Shown here piece by piece: positions 24,536 through 38,167 of a DNA stretch of 64,000 nt. Under the pieces are notes generated by a model, which was not told the DNA's origin, did no database searches, and worked only from the letters and a program-made list of their open reading frames with translations. Both the position numbers and the translations under genes were made by a program. This DNA comes from Octopus sinensis. Its lineage: Eukaryota. Position 1 is the stretch's first letter. Every line of letters starts with the position of its first letter. Where the stretch lies: the NCBI RefSeq assembly GCF_006345805.1, contig NC_043020.1, positions 5,022,001 to 5,086,000 on the forward strand, in the 5' to 3' direction.

Positions 24536-24564
24536 TTTAAAAAAAAAAATATATATATATGTAG

Positions 24565-27295
24565 TTGTGTGTGCTACATATCGCTGTCCAGATGCCCCAA
24601 GTCATATGGGCAAGTTTGAGGACTGCCTTTTAAAAATAGAAGAAGTTCTAATCACATTAGAACAACACATAAGTGTACTTCTCATGGGAGACTTCAATCT
24701 ACCCAATGTCAGATGGCCCGAGGGCCTTTCTCTCCCAGGAATGACAAGATGTGAACGAGGACAGGCGAGGTCCCTCTGAACCTCATCAACACCCTGTACA
24801 TGGAGCAAGTAATACTCCAACCAACCAGAGCAGGTAACACACTGGATCTCTGCTTCACAAATAATATGGATCTCATCCATAATGTGAAAGTGACACCGAC
24901 AATACTCTCGGATCACAACATGGTAGAGCTGACCATGTACGGGCCAAAAGAGAGCACGGACATGCAGCCTACAAGAAACCCTCAGAATCTTTCCAGCTTG
25001 AACTTCAATAAGGCAAACTGGAAACAAATTGAGAAAGAGATCCTCAAACAAAACTGGCCTGAATGTCTCTCCTCGCCGGACATCGACATGATACTTCAAC
25101 AATTCATGTCTGTAATGCAAGCCATATGCTACAAATGTGTCCCAGAGAGAAAGGCCACTGTACACAAGAACAAAATCCCCAGAGAGAGGAAAATTTTAAT
25201 GAGACGGCGTACAAAAATTTCAAATCGCCTAAACAAACAAATTGAAAGCAGTGAAAAGTCCCGCCTGAAAATAAAACTGTTAGAAATTGAAAATTGTCTG
25301 CAACTCTCCATGAGAAGGAGAGAGAGAGAGCAGACAAAGAAGCCTGGGCTATAGACAACATAAAAACTAACCCCAGAGCTTTCTACAGGTATGCCAAAGA
25401 AACAGCTACGGTGCACTGTAGGATAGGGCCACTCTTGAAAAGGATGGCACACTCACAGGAAAACCAATGAGGGTAAGTGAAATACTGAATGAACAATTCA
25501 AGAGTGTTTTCACCCCACCCCTTGGGCATTTCCAAATCAGCAATCCAACTGACTTCTTTTTCCACTGCAGATATAGAATCAGAGGCGGCGACGATAAATT
25601 ACATCGATATAAAGGAAGACGATGTAATAAAGGCTATAGATGAAATGAAAAACAGACTCAGCTATTGGCCCCGATGGATTCCGGCAATCCCCCTAAAAGT
25701 ATGTAAGAGAGTCCTAGCAAGACCACTGCAGTTCTTCTTTCAGAGCTTCCTTGCAGCTGGCAAACTTCCAAGAAAACTGAAGGAAGGTAAAATATTCCTA
25801 TTCATAAAGGAGGTAGCAGAGCGGAGGCCAAGAACTACAGACCTATCTCTCTGACTCACACATCAGCAAGGTCATGGAACGAATAGTTAGAAGGAAACTA
25901 ATCACCTTCCTTGAAGAAAATGACTTGCTGCCTGACACCCAACATGGTTCCGACCAGGAAGAAGCTGCTTAACTCAGCTCCTGCAGCACTATGACTGGGT
26001 GCTGAAACAACTGCTCAACCACTCAAATGTGGAAGTCATATATCTCGACTTCGCAAAGGCCTTCGATAAAGTCGATCATGGAATGATATGTCACAAACTG
26101 CGTGATCTTGTCATAGTTGGAAAACTAGGAGAATGGCTTCATGACTTTCTAAAGAATAGAAGTCAGGTGGTAGCAGCCATTAGCACGCAAATTATGAGCG
26201 GTGTTCCACAGGGCACTGTTTTGGGACCACTACTGTTCATAATGGCCCTCTCAGACATGCCCTCAGCCACGCGGAGAGCCACGATCACAAGTTATGCAGA
26301 TGATACAAAAGTTTCACTGGCAATACAGAACCCTGAAGACACTAAGCACCTGCAATGTGAGCTAGACAAAATATACAAGTGGGCCGAAAAGAATAGCATG
26401 CAGTTCAATGCTGAAAAGTTTCAAGCTTTATACTATCAGCATGCAAAACTAAATGCAATACCCAATGAATACACTGGACCCGGAGGAATAGCAATCCCAG
26501 AGGCACAATCAGTGCGTGACCTAGGTATTTACATGAGTGATGACGCGACCTTTCGTGTACATGTTGCTAAATTGGCAATGAAATGTAGACGACTGGCCGG
26601 ATGGATCCTCAGAACCTTTAGAAAAGAGAACAAGAAACCATGATGGTCCTCTGGAGGACACTTGTCCTAAGCCACTTTGACTACTGCTCTCAGTTATGGT
26701 CACCATCCAGTGTCAAGTTGATCACAGAGCTCGAGGCGATCCAACGTAGCTACACGAAGAAGATAGCCTCTATGCAGAATGTAAGCTACTGGGAAAGACT
26801 CAGGAAATTAAAATTATATTCCCTGGAGCGTAGGCGGGAAAGATATGCCATAATATACATCTGGAAGATCCTGGAGGGAAGTGTCCTGAACTTTGGCATC
26901 GAGAGTTACGCAAATGCCAGAACTGGGCGCCACTGCGTGGTGCCTAGGACTCCAAACTTGCCATCAAGATGTAGGACAAGATTCTGTGATAGCCTGGGCT
27001 TCCGAGGCCCACAGCTCTTCAATATCCTCCCGAAGAACCTGAGAGACCTGCATGGGATGGATACAGATGTCTTTAAAATGAGGCTGGATCTCTTCCTGTC
27101 GGGTGTCCCAGATGAACCAACTTCACGGCAGGAGGGGCAGATGAGGGCAGCTGCATCGAACTCTCTCATGCACCAAATAGCAGCTGCTAGAAAGCCTTCA
27201 TGAAGTGAAACCAAGTAGCAACACCAAATGGCGGTGCCCCAGCATGGCCACAGCTCATAAGCTGAAACTGGAAAAATTAAAAATCAAAAATCAAA
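24565..27295 (+). mobile_element. CR1/L2-type LINE ORF2 (APE endonuclease plus RT), frameshifted, 5'-truncated
   Basis: APE: LLMGDFNLP, QPTRAGNTLDL, SDHNMV. RT: YLDFAKAFDKVDH, GVPQGTVLGPLLF, YADDTK. C-terminus YCSQLWSP...LERRRERY. 3' stem-loop tail at 27230-27269. Confidence 0.95.
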
Positions 27296-27987
27296 ATCAT
27301 CATATATATATATATATATATATATTGTTGTATTTAGGAATGGTCATTTTGCCAGCTTAGCCAATAAATATTTCGTTTTTGGATTTGGTTTGCAAGATTC
27401 TCTCTCTCTCTATATATATATATATACATACATACGTACGTACGTACGTACATACATACATACATACATATTATATATATACATATATATTTTTTTCTGG
27501 GAAGTAATACATTTGTATTGTAATATTATTTTTCATTGAAAACTCTTTCACTGTTCTCGGTTCACTGTTCTCTTAGGCGTCCAGGCGAGTATACTGGCAC
27601 TGACGTGGCAACATTTGAAATATTCTCTAGGTAAATGCAGCTGATGAAGACTAATCAAATTTACGTTGACAGACGTATTTGAAGAGTCAGAAACCAAGGT
27701 ACTACATTATCCGATTCTGGGTTGTCCATTTATCGAATGTTCTTCCTAGAGGTAAGACAAATTTTTCATGCTTGTTGCACACACATGACTTTTCCAGTAT
27801 ATACGCAGTAAAACTGTACAATAGCGTCGTATTTGTATCGATTGCTATTTTCCAGTAAATATTGGTGCTTTGTTTTACCACTCATCTATTTTTATCTGTA
27901 TACAGATATATCATATATATACATATATATATTATATATATACATATATATACACATATATATATACACACACACATATTTATATAT

Positions 27988-28045
<58 letters not shown>

Positions 28046-28046
<1 letters not shown>

Positions 28047-28754
28047 AGTAATACTAAGTAATTAAGGGTTTAGCAACGAATTGCCTCACCACACACCGAA
28101 TAGAAATAGCAGTCAAAGAGATATAGCTATTCCTTCTACTAAAAGGGGGATCTCAGTAAAAACACAGCACTTGAAAGGCAAACACAGACAGGTAAGAAAG
28201 AAAGAATGAAATGACGGCAATCCATCATGCAATTTTACGTTACCTACGGACGTACGTTTCGAGATCAAGTTTTAGGATAGCGTAAGAATTAGAAAATTCT
28301 ACTTTACCCGTACTTCTTCTCTCATCGGCGCAGGATACTACAATTATGAATAATTGTATATTAAATTTTGAGTACTAGAATGCATCATCTCAACTCAGCT
28401 TGAGTTGAGATGATGCATTCTAGTATCTCAAAATTTAATATACAATTATTCATAATTGTAGTATCCTGCGCCGATGAGAGAAAGTACGGGTAAAGTAGAT
28501 TTTTCTAATTCTTACGCTATCCTAAAACTTGATCTCGAAACGTACGTCCGTAGGTAACGTAAAATTGCATGATGGATTGCCGTCATTTCATTCTTTCTTT
28601 CTTACCTGTCTGTGTTTGCCTTTCAAGTGCTGTGTTTTTACTGAGATCCCCCTTTTAGTAGAAGGAATAGCTATATCTCTTTGACTGCTATTTCTAAATT
28701 CGGTGTGTTGGTGAGGCAATTCGTTGCTAAACCCTTAATTACTTAGTATTACTT
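28046..28754. repeat. ~710-bp near-perfect palindrome of a hammerhead-bearing repeat
   Basis: The arms mirror each other around CTCAACTCA-GCT-TGAGTTGAG (about 28400) with only a few indels. Confidence 0.95.
28465..28554 (+). ncRNA. Type I hammerhead-like motif (U4C core variant); mirror copy on - strand at 28243-28334
   Basis: Stem I CCTGCG/CGTAGG; CCGATGA; stem II GAGA/TCTC with long loop; GAAA; palindromic ACGTACGT; GUC. Confidence 0.65.
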
Positions 28755-29519
28755 AAATTTTCCTCGAATGGGGCTTTTACTTGCTGAAATCTACTTGGTG
28801 TAATTGATAATTATCCCTAATTAATTAATTTCACCTTTTATTATTACTGATATATATATATATATATATATATAGTTATGGGGGAAAAACTTGGATCTTG
28901 TGAATTTTCTGAAGTTCTCTCCCTACCCTTTGGAAAAGATTTTCCCCACTAATTACTTTATAATCGTAATGGATGCCATTTGAATGGTATTTCTATGAAA
29001 TTTCATTGAAAAACACCCATTTTCCTAAAAGTTATGATGGGAAAGGCTCAGGCTTTGTGAATTTTCCAAAGTACTCTCCCCCACTCCCGTTGCTATGCGT
29101 GCATTTTGTTTTCTTTTTTCATATTCGTTTCCTACACATTGTTTTACACCCATTCCAGTATTTGTATTTGGACTTTTCTTCAAAATGTAAACATTAACCC
29201 AAAATTCTTCTAAAAAACGTTGAAAGGGTTGAAACCAGTGTGCAAGTCAACTAGAAAGAGAAAGAGGACAGGGATATTAGAAATTGATTCTAAATGAAAA
29301 AATATGCCAATTTCTCCCCAAGGAAATTAAAATTTAAAAAAAAATATTAACAAAGGAGTGACTGTGTGGTAAGTAGCTTGCTAACCAACCACATGGTTCC
29401 GGGTTCAGTTCCACTGCGTGGCATCTTGGGCAAGTGTCTTCTGCTATAGCCCCGGGCCGACCAATGCCTTGTGAGTGGATTTGATAGACGGAAACTGAAA
29501 GAAGCCTGTCGTATATATG

Positions 29520-29558
<39 letters not shown>

Positions 29559-30664
29559 TTGTGTGTCTGTGTTTGTCCCCCTAGCATTGCTTGGCAACCG
29601 ATGCTGGTATGTTTATGTCCCCGTCACTTAGCGGTTCGGCAAAAGAGACCGATAGAATAAGTACTGGGCTTACAAAGAATAAGTCCCGGGGTGGAGTTGC
29701 TCGACTAAAGGCGGTGCTCCAGCATGGCCGCAGTCAAATGACTGAAAACAAGTAAAAGAGTAAAAAAAGAGTAAAGGGAAAGCTAATCTCAAAGTGGGGG
29801 GGGGTTGTTGTATGGGGAAATCTATACACCCCCCATGATTGGTTAAGTTAACTATACTAGTTAGCATGACTGCGAAGACCCGACAAATAACGTGAGTTCA
29901 TGGCTGTTTCCTGCACCAGTTTCACATAGCAGCCCCAGCCCATCCAAAGTGCCTTGGATCGCAGGATGGCCTGCTGTGCTTACCTGGGATCGTAGGGCGA
30001 CCTGCTGTGCTTGAGGAGACCTATTGAGTCAAGTACATCAACATCAAAGTAAATATCAAATGGAAATTGTAGTTGCGATACCTGTGCCAGGGGCATGTAA
30101 AAAGCACTGTCTGAATGTGGCCGATGTGAGTGCCGCCTTGACTGGCTCCATGCTGGTGGCATGTAAAAAGCACAAACTGATCGCGGCTGCTGCCAGCCTC
30201 CTCTGGCACCTGTGCTGGTGGCACGTAAAAAGCACCCACTACACTCACAGAGTGGTTGGCATTAGGAAGGGCATCCAGCTGTAGAAACACTGCCAGATCA
30301 GACTGGAGCCTGGTGCAGCCTTCTGGCTTCCCAGATCCCCAGTCGAACCGTCCAACCAATGCTAGCATGGAAAAACGGATGTTAAATGATGATGATGATG
30401 ATGATGATGATGAGTGTGCACAGAACAGTCTGACAAGAGTGTCATATGCGCAGTTAAATCACTTGTGGTTCCGTTACTCTTTACTCTTTTACTCTTTTAC
30501 TTGTTTCAGTCAAGCACCGCCTTTAATCGAGCAACTCGACCCCGGGACTTATTCTTTTGTAAGCCCAGTACTTATTCTATCGGTCTCTTTTGCTGAACCG
30601 CTAAGTAACGGGGACGTAAACACACCAGCACCGGTTGTGAAGCAATGCTAGGGCGACAAACACA

Positions 30665-31290
30665 GGCTTGGTAGAGTTTAAAAGTGACGACGTTCTAGGA
30701 GAGACTCTGGGACTTGATAGGGACCAGCTATCCAACCTGTTTCGGAACACTTTTGGGGTAGGGTATTTGGACAATTATTAAAGATCCCTGACCTGGCAGT
30801 GTTTCAGGAACGTGTTACCTGTTTATGAGAAATTGTCCAGGCAAGGGATTTCAGTGCCATCCGAATGTCCAAGATGCGGGCAGGATAAGGAAACTATCCT
30901 GCATGCTCTTGTACAGTGCACCCATCTTTCGGAGATGATAATTTACGCAGAACACGTGTTGTCACATTTAGGAAGAGTACAGCTATCGGCTGAGTTTGTG
31001 ATTAAGAATGTACTGCCCACCGGACTATCTAAGGAAGGTGAGGCTTGTTTTCTATGTACAGTCACAGTTATGAAAGAGTGTGCATGGAGAACTAGAATGC
31101 AAGGTTTGACGTCAGGGACCTTCGTCTCCGGCTCTGGAATGCTATATTACTTCAGGTACCACCTGAAAAGCAAGACAGGGCTGGAGAGAAGGCACCTGTC
31201 AAAAAGGGCATATGAGGAAAGATGGAAGGAGGTGGTAAGGAAGTTGGGAGTGCATGTCCCTACTTAACTCATCCAGGGTAAAAAGGAAAG
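30665..31290 (+). mobile_element. L1/Tx1-clade LINE 3' fragment (RT-associated zinc finger)
   Basis: LPVYEKL...CPRCGQDKETILHALVQC (CxxC...ET..H...C motif). Confidence 0.85.
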
Positions 31291-31836
31291 GTGTAGCTGT
31301 TAGAACTTAAAGTAATATCAAAATTTTAAAAAATATTACTCTTTACTCTTTTACTTGTTTCAGTCATTTGACTGCGGCCATGCTGGAGCACCGCCTTTAA
31401 TCGAGCGACTCGACTCCGGGACTTATTCTTTTGTAAGACCAGTACTTATTCTATTGGTCTCTTTTGCCGAACCGCTAAGTAACAGGGACGTAAACACACC
31501 AGTATCGGTTGTCAAGCAATGCTAGGGGGACAAACACAGACACACAAACACACACATGCATATATATATATATATATACATATATATGACGGGCTTCTTT
31601 TCAGTTTCCATCTACCAAATCCACTCGTAAGGCTTTGATCGGCCTGAGGCTATAGTAGAAGGCAGTTGCCCAAGGTGCCACGCAGTGGGACTGAACCCGG
31701 AACCATGTGGTTGGTAAACAAGCTACTTACCACACAGCCACTCCTGCACCTATGTAAAGTCATTTTAATATATTTTCATAAAAAAACTTGCTAAATTGTA
31801 TAATTGTAATAAAGAGAATTGCTGGATTCAGCTACT

Positions 31837-31877
31837 CCACACTGATAAGAGGCAAACACTCCGAAACTAGTCTGTGG
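31837..31877 (+). ncRNA. Decayed minimal hammerhead motif (G8A)
   Basis: CCACA CTGATAA GAGG-CAAACA-CTCC GAAA CTAG TC TGTGG: stem I 5 bp, palindromic ACTAGT, GUC. Confidence 0.55.
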
Positions 31878-33034
31878 TTGCCAGACCAGCAAGGGAAGAT
31901 GCTGACCTCCCCTGTTCGAAGGTTATAATGGACACAGGTTCGTGTGTCACATAGCTAGCTAGAGGCGATGGCCTCTTGGAGCTAATCAACGGCTGCATTC
32001 GTCCTATTTATCTGGACTGCCATCTTAGCTTGGCGACAACTATTAATAAGTCACAATCTCTTAAAAAAAAAAAATTAATAATGTCTAGAGAAAACCTGGT
32101 TTTCTTCATCCTAAAAACTGTGGACTTTATCCTATTTTTAAAAAAATGAAAATCAATTCAATAAAAAACCCAAAAGCTTCACACACACACACACACACAC
32201 ACATACATACATACATACATACATACATACATACATACACACATACATACATACATACACACATACATACATACATACATACATACATACATACATACAT
32301 ACACACATACACACATACATACATACATACATACATACATACATACATACATACATACATACACACATACATACATACATACATACATACATACATACAT
32401 ACATACATACATACACACACAACACATACATACATACATACATACATACATACATACATACATACATACATTACATACATACAACATACAGACATACATA
32501 CATACATACATACATACACACATACATACATACCTACATACATATAAATACATACATAACATACATACATACATACATACACACACACATACATACATAC
32601 ATACATACTACATACATAATACATACATACATACATACACACATACACACACACACACACACACACAACATACATACATACATACATCGTGCCGGTGACA
32701 CGTAAAAGCACCATCCGTTTGTGGCCGTTTGCCAGCTCCATCTGGCACCAGTGCGGGTGGCACGTAAAAAGCACCCAATACACTCACGGAGTGGTTGGCG
32801 TTAGGAAGGGCATCCAGCCGTAGAAACACTGCCAGATCTGACTGGGCCTGACGAAGCCTTAGAGCTTCACAGACCCCAGTTGAACCGTCCAACCCATGCT
32901 AGCATGGAAGGCGGACGCTAAATGATGATGATGATGATGATGATATAATAACAAAGGGTAAAATTAATTAATTAAGAAGTAGTCAGTAATTTCACCAAGT
33001 AGTATTCGGCATGAAAAAGACCATTTCATGGTAA

Positions 33035-33262
33035 GTTTATAATTAGGGTTCAGCAAAGATTTGCTTCACCACATACCAAAGTATAGAAATAGCAGTCAAA
33101 AAACCTTAGCTATTCCTTCTACTTTAAAAGGCACTCCCAGTACTTTGGTTTTTCTGGGAGTCCCTTTCAAAGTAGAAGGAATAGCTAAGAATTTTTAACT
33201 GCTATTTCTAAACTTCGGTATGTGGTGAAGCAAATCTTTGCTGGACCCTAATTATAAAGTAT
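33035..33262. repeat. Fold-back copy of the 28-kb palindrome family
   Basis: tttataattagggttcagcaaagatttgcttcaccacatacc...agctattccttctact mirrored around about 33150; smaller related hairpin at 52269-52340. Confidence 0.85.
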
Positions 33263-34088
33263 ATATATAATATATATATACCTTATAAATTAAAATTAAT
33301 ATTTTACATTATAGTCGATTTTGATATAATCATAATTGTTAAGTTCTATGTTTCTAGTTTGATAATAGAGTTTATTATAAGTAAAATTATTATATTATTA
33401 TATCTAAAAAATATTGTTTAAATATTTCTGATTATATTTAGATATTTCAATCACCTGAAGATTGACTGTAACCATAACTCGAATTATTACGAATTGGACA
33501 GCCATGAAAACGATCATAGTGTTTACTTATTATCTTTTATTAAATTTTTAATAATTTTGATATATTTAAAATAATATAAATAATTAATTTTTTAGTATTG
33601 GCTTAAGTTTTTCATCGTTTGATTTGCCTGATAGTGGTTTTATCTCTAATTTAATATAATATATATATTATATATACTCTTTACTCTTTTACTTGTTTCA
33701 GTCATTTGACTGCGGCCATGCTGGAGCACCACCTTTAATCGAGCAACTCAACCCGGGACTTATTCTTTGTAAGCCCAGTAGTACTTATTCTATCGGGTCT
33801 CTTTTTGCCGAACTGCTAAGTGACGGGGACATAAACAAACCAGCATCGGTTGTGTTAAGCAATACTAGGGGGACAAACACAGACACCACAAAACACATAC
33901 ATATATATACATATATACGACGGGTTTCTTTCAGTTTCCGTCTACCAAATCCACTCACAAGGCTTTGGTCGGCCTGAGGCTATAGTAGAAGACACTTGCC
34001 CAAGGTGCCACGCAGTGGGACTGAAACCCGGAACCATGTGGTTGGTAATCAAGCTACTTACCACACAGCCACTCCTGCGCCTATATAT

Positions 34089-34134
<46 letters not shown>

Positions 34135-34158
34135 ACATATATATATACATATATATAC

Positions 34159-34228
<70 letters not shown>

Positions 34229-34396
34229 ACATATATTATATATATATATACATACATATTTATATATATATATATATACATACATATTTATATATATATA
34301 TACATTTATTTATATAATATATATACACATACATATTTATATATATATATACATATTTATATATATATATATATACATATGTTATATATATATATA

Positions 34397-34435
<39 letters not shown>

Positions 34436-34439
34436 GTAT

Positions 34440-34569
34440 ATCCCCACAGCTTTCATTGTATAAAATTTTCTCACACATTCACCTGGAGGAGGAGGAGTAA
34501 CTGACGTTGATAAGGCCCCCCCCCAAAAAAAAAGAATAAGCCAGAGTTATCTCCCATAATTACAGAAAC
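34440..34569 (+). promoter_or_regulatory. Probable OXCT1 proximal promoter / 5' UTR
   Basis: Short unique sequence between long (TA)n tracts directly upstream of the ATG. Contains TGACGT (CRE-like) and GATAAG; function inferred from position only. Confidence 0.35.
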
Positions 34570-34683
34570 ATGGCGACGCAAGTGTGCAGACTTCTCCGGC
34601 GCAATTGGTACGGCTGTGGCAGGGTTGGAACCCTTCTTACCGGCGGCACCCCGGCCAAATCGAACCCTCCCAGAAAGCACCAG
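34570..34683 (+). CDS. OXCT1: OXCT1/SCOT exon 1 (mitochondrial targeting presequence)
   Basis: aaacATGGCG start context. Encodes MATQVCRLLRRNWYGCGRVGTLLTGGTPAKSNPPRKHQ: Arg/Lys-rich, no acidic residues. Ends CAG|GTAACA in phase 0, matching the phase-0 acceptor at 52991. Linkage across the 18.3-kb intron is inferred. Confidence 0.8.
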
Positions 34684-34792
34684 GTAACATTTAAGTATCA
34701 GCAGGTTGGGGTTAGAGGAACCTAGCGATCGGGTAGACTAACAGTTTGTCCTCTAGCCTTCATGTTAATTTCATATTACATATTTACGCATT

Positions 34793-34834
<42 letters not shown>

Positions 34835-35158
34835 CGTGTATATATAATGTGTGTTTGTATATATATATATGTATGTATGTATGTATATATATGTGTGTAT
34901 GTGTATATATACATGCATATACATATATATATGTATATATATGTGTGTGTGTGCGTGTATATATGTATGTATGTATATATATATGTGTGTTTGTATGTAT
35001 ATATATGTGTGTTTGTATGTATATATATGTGTGTGTGTTTGTATATATATGTATATATATGTATATATATATGTGTGTATGTATATATGTATATAATATG
35101 TGTGTGTTTATGTATATATATGTGTGTGTGTGTGTGTGTACATGTACATATGTATGTG

Positions 35159-35189
<31 letters not shown>

Positions 35190-35694
35190 ACATGTACATA
35201 TGTATGTGTATATATATATATATATATATGCGTGTATGTGTACATATATATATGTATCTATATATATATATGTGTGTGTGTATATATATACATATGCATG
35301 TATGTATATATATGTGTGTGTGTGTGTAATTGCGTAAAATGTTTGTTGTGATAGATTCAACCGCTTTTTCAACAATTCACCTTGTGTTTTGGGGAACCTG
35401 GCTAAACGTGCGTATACACATAACTTTATGCCAGTAGACATGCGGGTGTGTTCATGAATGTATATATGTCGTGTATGTAATATATATATATATATATAGA
35501 TATATTATATGTGTGTGTGTGTGTATTTATGTATATAACACAAGTGTATACACGCATATGTCCGTAGATAAACGTGTTTGTAGCAATGTACACGCTACGA
35601 GGGGTTACTATGGGGTACTTATTCCAGAAATCCACCCATGTTTATATATGTTTGTACACACACGCGTGTAAATAACATCGTTGTGCACACAACA

Positions 35695-35759
<65 letters not shown>

Positions 35760-35884
35760 AGTATAAACATGCTTGTATCTATGTACGTTATATATATATA
35801 TATATATTTATAATATAATAGTACATAGATATACACACACGTGCTAGTATCTATGCTTATATGTACCCGCAAGTATTTATACAT

Positions 35885-35922
<38 letters not shown>

Positions 35923-37288
35923 TATTATATATATATATATAACGCAGAGTAGATGAAACCATGGCGACTGAAGAAGGGGAATTTTCCTTGTTTTGTGTGT
36001 CCTGTACTCTATTTTTTCGATGTTTAAGAAAAATGTCCATTTCCTTGGTTTTGTGTTTATGTTTTCGTTTCTCATTGTGTTCGACGTTTTATTTTTTGGT
36101 GTCCTTTACCCATATATGCATGTATATATACATGTAGAGGTAGGTACGTACATATGTTACTATGGGGTACTTATACCAGAATTCCACCCATGTTTTATAT
36201 GAGAGAGAGAGAGAGATAGAGTGTGTGTGCGAGATGGAGAAAATTTCGTCAGTGAGGGAGAAGGGCAGTGCCCTTGACTTCAATATACCTCTAGTGCCCC
36301 CAGAAAGTTGTGGAAGAAAACAAGGGATGAAGTAAAGGAGAAATGTACCCTGAAACCCAAAACCTATCCCTTAATCTTGCAACGAAATGCACTCCGCAAA
36401 AGACATCCAAGAACTCCACGCTAGATGGGTTTTGTTTGTTTGTTTTGTTCTTTTAACCTAAGTAACAGATTAAGTTTATCGGCCAACGACTCACAACAGA
36501 AACGAATCAGGGCAACTACTGCCAAGGTATTTCGTTTAATGCTGGAGTATTTCTGCTTAATCCACCAATCAACATTGGTGTTTCTATTATATCGACCCCG
36601 GAAAGGTGAAAAGCCAAGTTAAACCTCGACGGGATTTAGCAACTGGGAGCGCAGTGAACCAGAACGAGTAATGCTGGGCGTTTTCTACTCCGCCCTAAGG
36701 AACCTGCTGCCCCTTACATACACATACACCCCAAGAATAGGGGTGGCAATGACTTAGAAGTTTCGGACTACGAACCTCCGTCGAAGATGGTCGCTACAAA
36801 AAATGTATTGAGCAACACTTCGGTTTAATGTTAATTTAAAAAAAAAAAAAATTAACATGAAACTAAACACACACACACATGCACACACGAAAGCTCGGGT
36901 GACCTCATTTACCATCCGTATCTATCTTTATATATACTCTACTACTTTATAACATAGAGTGTGCTTCTATATAGGATCGATACAAGTACCTCAAGATGTG
37001 ATCTCGTGTGTACCGTTGGCGATTTTTTTTTCCTCTGTCTTCCCTTCTCTGGATCTTTCCTTCCCCTATGTTTCCGACGAATGGCTCCGATCGAAACGTT
37101 AAACCCTCCTTCTTTCCTGAGCGTCCAATAATACTATATTTGTTCCACGTCCTCGCGTTGTGTTTTTTTTTGGTGCTTTCTTGTTTGGATAGGGTAGAAA
37201 TTAATATTAATCAATTAAAACCAGTAGCCTAGCATGTTGAAAAAATCCGAAGATTAAAATATTTTTTACATACAAAATTTAAAGGACT

Positions 37289-37408
37289 GACCACTAAAAG
37301 TGGACGGTCAATATCCTAGGTATAGACGTCAAAATCGCTATTTTCCTCGAAGAATGTGTTCTCAAGAACACATATATCTAGCATATTGACCGTCCACTTT
37401 TAGTGGTC
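37289..37408. mobile_element. 120-bp mini element with ~30-bp inverted ends
   Basis: GACCACTAAAAGTGGACGGTCAATAT...ATATTGACCGTCCACTTTTAGTGGTC. Confidence 0.7.
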
Positions 37409-38104
37409 GTGGAGTGGATGAGACGGAGGCGACTGGGGAGGGGGGAATTTTCCTTGTTTTGTGTGTCCTGTGCTCTGTTTTTTTCGTTGTTTGGGAAAAG
37501 TGTCCATTTCCTTGGTTTTGTGTTTGTGTTTTCGTTTCTCATTGTGTTCGACGTTTTTTTTTTTGTGTCCTGTGCCCATATATGCTTGTATATATACATG
37601 TAGAGGTAGGTATGTACATATACAAGTAGAGGTAGGTATGTACATATATGTATGTATGTATATGTGCATATGTTTTATTTATTTATTAATTTATTATGTG
37701 GCTGTGTGGTAAGTAGCTTGCAAACCAACCACATGGTTCCGGGTTCAGTCCCACTGCGTGGCATCTTGGGCAAGTGTCTTTCGCTATAGCCCCGGGCCGA
37801 CCAATGCCTTGTGAGTGGATTTGGCAGACGGAAACTGAAAGAAGCCCATCGTGTATATGTATATATATGTATGTGTGCGTGTTTGTGTGTCTGTGTTTGT
37901 TCCCCTAGCATTGCTTGACAACCGATGCTGGTATGTTTACGTCCCCGTCACTTAGCGGTTCGGCAAAAAGAGACCGATAGAATAAGTACTGGGCTTACAA
38001 AAAGAATAAGTCCGGGGGGGGAGTTGCTCGACTAAAGGCGGTGCTCCAGCATGGCCGCAATCAAATGACTGAAACAAGTAAAAGAGTAAAAAAGAGTAAA
38101 AGAG

Positions 38105-38167
<63 letters not shown>

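Noticed and set aside
34471-34680. 69-aa GC-rich ORF on the - strand
   Set aside because: Antisense shadow of OXCT1 exon 1.
36425-36825. Alternative phase-0 first exons for OXCT1 (MGFVCLF...TAK|gtattt; MVATKNVLSNTS|gtttaa)
   Set aside because: Weak donors and poor presequence character compared with 34570-34683.
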